Positions 44,335-53,931 of a stretch of 64,000 nucleotides of DNA are shown one piece after another. The stretch is from NCBI GenBank assembly GCA_000004985.1, contig GG738852.1, one strand, 5' to 3'. The notes under the pieces were generated by a model. That model had not been told where the DNA came from. It did not search any database and saw nothing but the letters and a program-made list of their open reading frames with translations. The position numbers and the translations under genes were made by a program. Within the stretch, counting starts at the first letter, position 1; each line of letters starts with the position of its first letter. The DNA is from Naegleria gruberi (taxonomy: Eukaryota).

Positions 44335-45675
44335 ATGCTGAGCAAAAGTAGCGGCTTACTTTCAAGGAGGATTGTATCACTCCTAAAATTTAAAACAAAT
44401 AATGTACATTATAATTTTCCACGAAATAGTGTTCGTGATTTTAAAATTCGAAAGTTAGTGGAGGAGGAAGTAAAGATGAATATTCATAATCATGTTCACT
44501 TTGGAGGCTCCGAAGAGTATAAATCAGAGGAGGAATACCATCAAAAAGTGGATAAACAAAATGGAAAATTATGGAAATTGATGGTGGCTTTTCCTTCTCT
44601 TGCTGTTTTGCTCTTCGTAACGACAATAAGTATAGATAAGATGACGTATGAGGATTTGAAGAATTTGAATTTGGAAGAATTATTTAAAACAAAATTTATG
44701 GATGGGAAAACATATTACCTTGAGGATAATAAGGGTGGCGATTTGAAATTAGCATCACTGTTAAATCATACAGATGATTCATATTTGACAAGGTTGATCA
44801 AGGATTATTATAGAGCTCCTGTATTATGGGGATTATCTGCTATACATATTGCATCCTATACAGCCCTGGTAGCTCTTCAATTAAAGAGTCCAAGACGATA
44901 TGCTCGTTTCTTTGAAAGACACATGACAGTCTCACTCAATAACCTTTACGAAAAAAGATTTCACACTCTAATTACCAGTATTTTTGCTCACAAGAATGCT
45001 CTCTCCTTGGCAACAAGCGTACTTGCTATCAATTTTGTTGGCTGTTCTTTAAAGGAGTTTTTGAGTGATTCAACATTGTTAAGCATTTATTTTGGATCAG
45101 CAATTCTAGGTGTGTTGGCAGCCTCAATGTATGGTGTATTTTTGGTGAACTATTTCAGAAGAAACATGATGATGAGAGTACAATTGATTCATACAGGAAA
45201 GTTTGGATTTGATGCTACTTATTATGCATTACTTTGTGCATTACTTGGATTTAATACTGAACAATTTGATTTATTTGAAGAATATTTTGTGCCTAGCAAT
45301 TCACAACTAATGAACGGTATTTTGCTGTTCCAATTTATTCTTGCTATGAATGGCTTCAAGATTAACTTATTTTCAAATGCTATGAGCTCATACTTTGGAT
45401 ATGGAGTTATCAGAGCGTTGAGCAAACAAGAACATCATCAACAGAGAAGAATAGTGGAAATTAATACTGATTATCGTTATTATTTGGGTGAAATCAAAGA
45501 ATTTAAAGGTGATGGAAAGGGTATTGCCGTCAAACCAGACTTTCAATCGGCTTACTATGGAGATTTCAAAGATGATAAGTTTAATGGATTTGGTACAATA
45601 GTTGTGCCACCAAAAGAAAAACCAAGAGTTTTGAGTGGATTCTTTGAAAATGGCGAAATGAAATATTCGAAATAA
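44335..45675 (+). CDS. Rhomboid-like multi-pass membrane protein lacking a clear GxSG/His dyad (possible pseudoprotease), with C-terminal MORN-like repeats.
   Basis: A rhomboid-like TM core ('FHTLITSIFAHKNALSLATSVLAINF', 'YFGSAILGVLAASMYGVFLV') but no GxSG. The C-terminus 'YLGEIKEFKGDGKGIAV...YYGDFKDDKFNGFGTIVV' has MORN-type Y-x-G-x-x-x-x-G-x-G motifs. It is transcribed divergently from the rhomboid gene, with about 50 nt between the two ATGs. Confidence 0.5.
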   Translation: MLSKSSGLLSRRIVSLLKFKTNNVHYNFPRNSVRDFKIRKLVEEEVKMNIHNHVHFGGSEEYKSEEEYHQKVDKQNGKLWKLMVAFPSLAVLLFVTTISIDKMTYEDLKNLNLEELFKTKFMDGKTYYLEDNKGGDLKLASLLNHTDDSYLTRLIKDYYRAPVLWGLSAIHIASYTALVALQLKSPRRYARFFERHMTVSLNNLYEKRFHTLITSIFAHKNALSLATSVLAINFVGCSLKEFLSDSTLLSIYFGSAILGVLAASMYGVFLVNYFRRNMMMRVQLIHTGKFGFDATYYALLCALLGFNTEQFDLFEEYFVPSNSQLMNGILLFQFILAMNGFKINLFSNAMSSYFGYGVIRALSKQEHHQQRRIVEINTDYRYYLGEIKEFKGDGKGIAVKPDFQSAYYGDFKDDKFNGFGTIVVPPKEKPRVLSGFFENGEMKYSK

Positions 45676-45903
45676 AGTAACACCAAAAGAAACATCTCTA
45701 AAAAGGCAAAGAATTCTAGATTGATCACAAATAAGGAAGAACCTCAACAATAGGATTAATTTACTACATACGATTAAGCTTTGGAAGTGGTTTGTGGAGC
45801 GGTAGAGCCAAATTTGCTGTGGAACACAAATTCCCAAAAAATAAGAAGGAAAATCAGTCTGTGGAATAGATACCCACTATTTTTACAAAAACAGTTTTAA
45901 AAA

Positions 45904-47934
45904 ATGCCGAAAAGTCACGAAGTGTGGAGTGAAGCCCAATTTGTGAATGTTGGACAGGGTATGAATACAGCCACGCACAAATATACAACATCAACTAATG
46001 AAGAATTGTTTCCCATTGCCTGTGGACAATGCAGAAAGCTACATAAGCGTTGGTATGTTATTTTGTGATTGGAATTTGTTGTGATGATAATGAAATAATA
46101 ATAGTGGTAAGTGATACATGTTCGGAGGAACTTTAATATTCTCTCTCTAATAGATAAGAAATTACCATCATGTTCGAAATGCGTTTCAAAGGGGTTGACC
46201 TGTACGGTAGGTTTAATCGATTCATAGTTGTGTTGGGATAATTAGTAAAAGTATCAAGAACCAAAAAAGAAGGGTAGAACAAAGGGATCTAAAAATCATG
46301 TCACTAGTACTGAAGGTAATTCTAAAAATCAACAATCAAATAGTGGAGAAAACACTCCATCCCCCTTGAATCGAGATGATAATTCCAATGAAAATTCTTC
46401 ATCACCACCAAGTGTAGTAGTAGAAAATATTCCTCAATGTCAGTCATCTTCACAAAATAGTAATGTAAAAACACCATACGGAACCAATCTTGTAAATATT
46501 TCAAATAATCTCGTCAATAATGTGATGAATCCGATAACAAGTGTGGAAAATATGTTGAGTCAAACTCCTTCGTTTTTAAGAACAATGAGGATGAACCTTA
46601 TTGATGCTTACTATGAAATAGTATCTTTGGGCTATCCTCTTATTGAGAGATCAGAATTGGAGCGATACATGTTTAGCCAGGATCAACTCAATGATAGAAA
46701 GGAAATTCTTGCATTTGTCTTGTCTATACAGGGATTGTGCCAACAAAGGTTTGGATATTCAGATCTTGCCACTGATAGTATTGAAAAATCTGCTCTAGTT
46801 CTGAAAGACTGTTTTGATGGATACTCTGATTTTTATACAGCTGCAACTTATTCAAATTTTGCATATTATTTTTTAGGTGAAGGCGATACAAAGAAATCAA
46901 GATTCTACAATCATTTTGTAGAATTTTATTTGAAAGAATTGGATGAATTTGCAAATATTTACCAGCAAAACCTTAGATGGATTAAGCTTTTGGTTGACTA
47001 TTTGGGAAATCCTAGATTTCCCTATCTTTCTCCTGTTGATTTAATAGGATTTTTCAACTCTGTAGTAGATAAGGATATGCCTACTGAATGGAAGAATGCA
47101 CTCTTTGATTTTGCTGGTACTAATATTTCAAATTGTGAAGAAAGGTTGGCTATTTTTCATTGCATTACAGATTCAATGCAAAAGATGAGAAGAGGGTCAC
47201 TTATATCATCTATTATTTATGATGTAATTTATGGTGTGTTGAAAACAGGATTGAGTATTTCTATTTATTCTTTTGTGGATTTAATTCATTTTAGGCAAAC
47301 TATATTCGACCTTATTGTCAAGATGTTTAATATTTCAGATAATGAATACTTTTCATTCTCACCACCTATTGTAATACCCTACATGATCGTTTCTGCCAAA
47401 ATATTATTGGAGATGGAAAAGGTTATCGCTACAGGAGAGTTGAATACTAATGGTATCGATTACTACAGTTTACTCTCTAAATGTAATAGAGCACTCAACA
47501 TTTTAGCAAAGAGATACAGGTCCATCTCTTTATCATACTCTGATGTTTTACAGCAATTGAATACTCTTTTATCTAATAGATTCCAAAACTCTGAGACATA
47601 TATAGATTATAGCATTCCAGCAACTATTCCTCAAACTAAATCAAAAATATCTAGACTTGTGGAATTTGATTCAGAAATTAAGGGGTTCTTCCTTCCTTTT
47701 GTTCATCCACTAATTGAGCAAAACATGCTCACCCCTAAACCTCATGTTACATTTGCTACAGAACTTTCACCAAGTCGATCAACTGATCAAGCCAAGCCAC
47801 AAACAACCAATTCTCCCAATGCTTTCGAAAATAACGACTTCATAATGTCATTTTATCAAGATCCTCTGTTAACAGATGAAATAATTGCGTGTCTAGAAGA
47901 AGATGAGCATTATTTAAATGATGAATTTCTCTAA
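45904..47934 (+). CDS. Zn2Cys6 (GAL4-type) binuclear-cluster transcription factor, 4 exons including a putative 2-nt micro-exon. Approximate join(45904..46050, 46105..46106, 46154..46206, 46252..47934).
   Basis: The spliced N-terminus gives 'ACGQCRKLHKRCDKKLPSCSKCVSKGLTCT', a perfect C-x2-C-x6-C-x6-C-x2-C-x6-C cluster with the canonical 'CD...P.C' middle. A basic linker 'YQEPKKKGRTKGSK' follows. All introns have GT..AG ends and are 45–54 nt. See the finding on the micro-exon. Confidence 0.55.
46105..46106 (+). other. Putative 2-nt micro-exon ('TG') between two short introns in the Zn2Cys6 gene.
   Basis: AG|TG|GTAAGT context. Required to convert '...KR' + 'TG' + 'TG' + 'AT AAG' into 'KRCDKK'. 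Confidence 0.4.
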
Positions 47935-47942
47935 TAAAAACT

Positions 47943-49352
47943 TTATTTTTCAAATTTAGAAATAAACCATTTTGCTGATGTATCATGCACATGCTTGGCA
48001 AAATTGATATTCTTTGCTAATGGATGGGACTGGATGGATTCGTGTTCTTGAATAAATTTGAGAAACTTTTGAGTATCCTTTTTGGAAAATACAGCATCTG
48101 GGAAACACTCTTGTAAGAGGGAAGGTAATTTTGTCAATAAATATTCTTCGATTTCCTTTTCATCTTGTTCATTGAACTTGGATTTTTTCTCTTCTTTTTC
48201 TCTCTTGATTTTTTCTTGTTTGGTTTCTCCAAATTCCCAAATTAAGGAAGTGGATAGTTGAGTTTCAGAATCAGTAAATTGTCCATTAAATAATTTGTTT
48301 TCAAAGAGCATTAATTGTTTGATAAATCCATCATTTGGTCGAATAATATCTCTTCTTTCTTTAACATATTCAAGTGCCTGTTTCAAATTATATTTAAAGT
48401 GAGACATTACAAATGCAATCACAAAGCTGGCACTTCTTGATTTTCCAATAACACAATGAACTAGGATTTTCTTCTTTTCTTGGAGAGCAACGTTGATATA
48501 ATCGATACCTTCTTGTAAGAAGGTGAGAATATCTTGTTCCCTTTCATCTTTGAGTGCAATTCTCTTGAATTTAATCTGCTTTGGAACATGTTTACCAAGT
48601 GGCCACTCTTGTGTCACATTGAGGATGTATTCAACACCATTCTTGGTCAATTGAATTTCATCATTGGCATCCATTCCACTTCCCAAGAAGAGAACATCTT
48701 CAATAATGGTTGACATGCCACTCGGAAAGTTTGGTTCTCTCTTCTTTTTTGATAATTTGACAATTAACTCATCTTTGGAAATTTTAATTGATCGTTGCTT
48801 GCTATTTCCTTCACTTTTGTGATAAATTCCATAAAGAGATGAGATGGCGTGAATAAATTTACGATCAACATTTGTAAATTCAGTAGGGAATGTATAATTC
48901 TTTTGATTTTCATCTTCAATAAAGTTGGTAATAATTTTCAAAATTGAACCTGTTTTTTCATTCAAGATATAAATTGGTAATTCCAAACTTTCAGATGAAG
49001 GATGATCCATGTGGAACACTTGACTACTCAAACAAGTTTGTTCAATTTTTAACAAGGTTTCCAATAGAAATTCGGAAATATTTTCATCGGAATCTACTTG
49101 ATTAATGTTTATATTTTTCAAGTAAAAATCAATTATGCTTGGTGATACATCTTGTGTTGCTTGATTTAATTTTGTTGTCAAATCATCAATAAATTGTTTA
49201 ATTTTAACATTTTCCAAAGTGTTGTATGCCAATGGAATTGGTTCTGATAAACAAGTGTGGATATTGAAAGTAACAGTGCCACTCAAGCCCTTGTTACACA
49301 ATTCTACAACTTGATCTAATCCTTCCGATGATGATGAAGATGGTGATGACAT
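47943..49352 (-). CDS. Dual-specificity protein phosphatase (MKP-like).
   Basis: Active-site 'VHCVIGKSRSASFVIAFVM' (HCxxGxxRS). True ATG is at 49352 ('aaaaaaaATGTCATCACC', MSSPSSSS). The stop lies 8 nt from the Zn2Cys6 gene stop on the other strand. Confidence 0.7.
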   Translation of the reverse strand: MSSPSSSSSEGLDQVVELCNKGLSGTVTFNIHTCLSEPIPLAYNTLENVKIKQFIDDLTTKLNQATQDVSPSIIDFYLKNININQVDSDENISEFLLETLLKIEQTCLSSQVFHMDHPSSESLELPIYILNEKTGSILKIITNFIEDENQKNYTFPTEFTNVDRKFIHAISSLYGIYHKSEGNSKQRSIKISKDELIVKLSKKKREPNFPSGMSTIIEDVLFLGSGMDANDEIQLTKNGVEYILNVTQEWPLGKHVPKQIKFKRIALKDEREQDILTFLQEGIDYINVALQEKKKILVHCVIGKSRSASFVIAFVMSHFKYNLKQALEYVKERRDIIRPNDGFIKQLMLFENKLFNGQFTDSETQLSTSLIWEFGETKQEKIKREKEEKKSKFNEQDEKEIEEYLLTKLPSLLQECFPDAVFSKKDTQKFLKFIQEHESIQSHPLAKNINFAKHVHDTSAKWFISKFEK

Positions 49353-49441
49353 TTTTTTTATTGTAAAATTAGAAAACAAACTTTGATGAACTACAACAAA
49401 CGAATACAAAAGTTTAATTGTGTGCAAATTAGAGATGGAAT

Positions 49442-52001
49442 CTATCTTCTCTTTTTGCATTTTTCAATCATACGAAGTGTTGGTAAATCTTGATTGTTTT
49501 GTTGAAGATACTCTCTAAATAATGGAAGTGCTTCTTCACATTCGTCACAGAAAAATCTTGAACATGCTTCATTGTACATTTTCCACTTATTCTTTTGTTC
49601 TGTGGATTGTAATTCATACATCCATTCATCCATTTCAACTGACTTGGATTCACCAACTTCATATAATTTTACCTTTTCTGTTCTTCTAATTTCTATTAAG
49701 GGAGAGGTGGTGCTATCCTCATTCAAAAGATGTGTACTAGCAACATATCTTGTATGGAAATCATTACTAATTTCAACATTAGCATCATTTGTTATTACTA
49801 TTCCCAAGTTAAACTTTTTAGCCTTCTTCATCAATAATTGTAAATTATTGTTGGCACTACCAATAATGGTAAAAGACTTGGAGTTTTTAGTACCAACATT
49901 ACCACAATGAGCATGTTGAGACAAAATACCAAACCTAACCTTGAATTGCTCTAACATCTTTGGAGATTGATTGAAAATGTCCTTTTGTTCCCATTTTGTG
50001 GAGCGTATTTGGTTCATTCTCTCTCTCAGTGTTGCAGCAGTGTGAGCAGCTTTCAATTCGTGGAATTTAATTCGCTCAGTGGAATTCCAACTCAAAAAGA
50101 CACTTTCATTCTCAAAGTTACCAATTTGAGCACCATTTGTAAGAGAAGCCTTTTGTAAAACTTCATAAATATCTGTCAAGAGATGAGTAATTTCATTAAA
50201 ACTCAAATTTTGAACCCACAAGTTAAATCCATCAAGATAGATCACCATGGATGAAACTCTTCTCTTTTCAAAACCAATCTTGAATAGTACGTTTGAAGAA
50301 GCTCCCATACTCTTCTTCATTGAAGATGAATTATTCATGGATGTATCTAAACCTGTGGCACTGTTGAGAGAAGCTCTTCTCTTTGATCCTGAAGGTACTG
50401 CCAAAAAGTTATTGCCAGTGCTATGCTTCATAGTGGAATTATTAATTTCTTCGACAGGTTGATCTTGATTTTCAAGCTGGTGCAACAAGTGAGAAGGAAT
50501 GAAGGCTCTATATTGCTTAATTCGTTGGGTCATCATTAAGAATTGGTCTTGCAATTTAGAAACTTCCTTAAATCTACTTGGTTTGATATTTAAAAAATCA
50601 AGTTCCATTCTCGAGACGCTCTCGAAAAGTTCAATAAGATTTTGGAAAGGTTTTGTTATCTTTACAGAGTAAACAATACCAGCAATAACTCCACCAATAG
50701 TAATAAGCACACTGATACCTAAGGCAATGCAAATTGCAATAATCATTGGTCCAATATATATCCACTGAGGTACAGAGAAGATTATTATCCAATCCATATT
50801 AAATTGAGTACACATTCTATAAGCACTAGTGACACGAGAGGTGAACATGTTTGTGCTCATTGTGTTGCACTTTAAGGTTTCATTGAGAGGATTTGTATAG
50901 CTGGAAACGAGTTCTGCATACATTTTTGTAATTTCTGGATCTGAGTGTTGATCTGGGGTTATTCTACCAGTGATTGAAATTTCAGGTTTACTCGCTTGAT
51001 GTTTACAAGTTGAATTATTGAAATAATGTGTTACAATAAAACTCACTGAACTACTTACTGGCAATAATAAAATTGGTGCTTGATTCAATGATCAAACCTA
51101 TTGATCCAATAACATAATCTGCTGTTGCTGTTTTTAAGAATTTACTCATATTGTCCACACTCATATCCAAGTGGAGAAACCAATCAAATGGTTTGTCACT
51201 TGTGGCTTGAGTATTATTAGGTGCTGTAAATGAATTAACCAAAGCTATCAACACAGCATCAATACCTGGAGATTTATAGGTGAGTGTATATACAGGTTTT
51301 CCAGGATTGGTTTTGATAACTGAATATGAGGATCTTGTATCGTATGGTTTTGTTGTTTTAACAGAGTATGAAAAGTTGGCAGGAATGCATCCTTGATTTA
51401 CATTAAGGGTTACACATGGATATCTGTACAGACCAGTATCATTTTGCAAAGTTTGTGAAACTGGAAGTGTTTTCACCATCAAAATACCTTGGTGGGGATT
51501 TCCTCTTCCGTACAAACTTGCAGCATTAACAAATCCTGCATGGTACTTGATTTCGTTAAAGTAAATGTTTTGCATGTGCTTCATAACCTTTGGTTGGAAA
51601 ACATCAGAGTGATTATTTGACATGGCCACTATCAGTTGGTTCTTCATTGTGTCTGAACCAACAGCAATTTCTCTAAATGTGTTTTCAGTGTATTGTGTAA
51701 TTTTTGAGAATTGAGCCTCTGTGAGTGATCGAGACAAAGTTCGGGTGGTATCAGCAAAAAAGGCTACCCAAATAGCTGTAAGGAATAAAACACATAACAA
51801 TATCACTGTTAAAAAGATGGTTATTGAACAAGATTTGATGGAGATTGTGAACCTTGATTTCAAGACCAATTCATCTTCACTCGTTCCAGTCGATATTATT
51901 TCCATAGAGTTTTCTCCATTCTGACTTCCTGTGGTTTGAACAGGCACTATGGTCGACTTCTTCCAGTTTGGATGTAATTGATCATTTGGAGTAGTTGTCA
52001 T
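49442..52001 (-). CDS. Receptor-type class III adenylate/guanylate cyclase with a large extracellular N-terminal domain, 2 exons. Approximate join(52001..51058, 50994..49442), ±1 nt.
   Basis: TM1 'ITIFLTVILLCVLFLTAIWVAFF', an extracellular region of about 250 aa, TM2 'IIFSVPQWIYIGPMIIAICIALGISVLITIGGVIAGIV', then a cyclase homology domain ('VIYLDGFNLW...GILSQHAHCGNVGTKNSKSFTIIGSANN'). A 63-nt GTAAGT..AAG intron keeps the frame. True ATG is 'MTTTPNDQ' at about 52001. Confidence 0.6.
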
Positions 52002-52811
52002 TATGTTTGAGTTGGTGGAGGAGCTTTTGTTTATGAGTATGATGATGATTTTGTTAAGCAACTTTAGGACTAGTGAAAGGAAGGCTCAACAAATCGATAT
52101 TTAGGAGATTTGATTTGATAGGTTTTTTTGAGGTGAGAATTTGGTAAGGGTTGTCATTAAGTGTCTCTTGGTGTGATGAATAAAACTAGCGTTGTTGGCG
52201 GGAATACCGTCCAGTGTCTTTATAGAAAATATACATTCCTTAATCAAATATTATACCGTAGGATGTGTTGCGTGCATCTAAATTAAAGCCTCGTCCAAAC
52301 AAAGGTCTTTTTACGTAAAAAAACAAACTTATCAGAACATCTTAACGGCCCAGATGCAAAGAGCAAATTCGTCCAATTTATATATTAAGGCATTTTTAGG
52401 ACATCATTGTCAGTAATAAAGAATAAAGAGGCGCAATATCTTTTATAAATCTATCTCAACTTTTCGTAATAGTCACAAGCAAAGAACAGGTGCAATCAAC
52501 TACTTAACTTGAAACCTATCTTAAAAAAATTGGGCTTCCTTTTGAAAGAACAACAAGCCATGTCTACATCTTCAAGAAGAACAATCACTAAGCTAATAAC
52601 ACTCCATTTTAAAATTGAAATTGTAATTGCAGATTTTGGATTGGCTAAAAAGTTTCTAGAAATGAAAGGCAATTTACAAGTAGGTCCATACCTTGAAAAT
52701 TCACAACCTCAGAAAATGAAGCCAAATTTGCTCCAATTAATTGGAGAATGTTTTCAAAAACTACTGCTCATTAGCAGTTACAGAAATTCAAATCAATTTG
52801 TTGTAGAGATA

Positions 52812-53893
52812 TTAACAAAGAATACACTTCTTTCTTTGTTTCTTATCTTTCCATGTTTTCATATCCTCTATAGAAGCTCCATCTCTTTCATCTATTTCTT
52901 TAATTGCATTAAGAAATGGAAATTGAGACCAATCCTCCATTTTCAGAACATGTTCAAATATTTGATTCATGTTAATTGTTTGTTTAGCACTTGTTTCGAA
53001 TATTGCAGTATTTTTCAACTCAAATTCCTTGATAATTGTTCCAATAAATGAAATTATACTTTCCACACTTTCTATTCTTTCTTTTTCTGGAATATCAATC
53101 TTATTAATGGCAAATAAAACTGGAAAATCATTAATTTCTCTATCTTTAGCTCTAACTAAAATGTTAAATATACGTTTCGTATATTCCATTCTCTTTTCAT
53201 CGAGAGCATAGGTTGTGGAAAATAGATAAATAATTGAGTTGTATCTTTTAAATGCATGTTCAATGAGGGCAGTATATTCATCATGAGTATACAATTTCAA
53301 CAATTCAATCATAGTCCTTTCATTAAACTTTTTTCTGAATGTATCCTCAATGGAACATCCATACCAACAATCATCAACAAAATAACCATGAATTAATTGA
53401 TTGGCGATTGCCGTTTTACCAACACCACCTTAATAATTTAATTTCATCTAATGATCATCATGTACATACCCTCTCCTACTAGAACCATATATCTTTCTTG
53501 TATTTTTGGTGGAATTGTCTCACTTACTGGAATGAAATATTGAGTACGAGCCCATCTCAATAACAAAACTATTCTTCGTAGATTTCTCCTTCCTCTCCAC
53601 TTTTCCAATTCATTACAATTTTTGGCTTCATATTCTAATAAATTAAACCAAAAATTAGATGTGATTGGTTGAAACCATTCCGAAAATTGTTTACTAATGC
53701 TTTCCAATTTTAATACTTCCATAATGAGGGATTGATGTTTAGTAGTTTGAATATTAGAAAAATTAATTTCATCCTTCTGTTGTATGAGGAGCGAAGATAA
53801 AAGAAAAGATCGGATGATTTCTACCAATTCACTGGGAAGAACCAGTAAACTCATTTTTTTAAGTTTTACAATGTAAACTTGTCCGTTCGCCAA
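52812..53893 (-). CDS. Atypical Ras-superfamily small GTPase with an N-terminal F-box-like extension and a polybasic-CAAX C-terminus, 2 exons. Approximate join(53893..53470, 53428..52812).
   Basis: A 41-nt GTATGT..AAG intron fuses '...ERYMVLVGE' to 'GGVGKTAIANQL', giving the P-loop 'GEGGVGKT'. G4 'NKID', G5 'ETSAK', and the C-terminus 'KDKKQRKKCILC*'. Switch II reads 'LYTHDEY' where Ras has 'LDTAGQEEY'. The N-terminus 'MSLLVLPSELVEIIRSFLLSSLL' is F-box-like. Confidence 0.55.
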
Positions 53894-53931
53894 AGGTAAT
53901 CAAGCTGATTATTCACATTTCATTAAAAAAA

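Noticed and set aside
52969-53211. 80-aa plus-strand ORF
   Set aside because: Antisense to the Ras-like GTPase coding exon.
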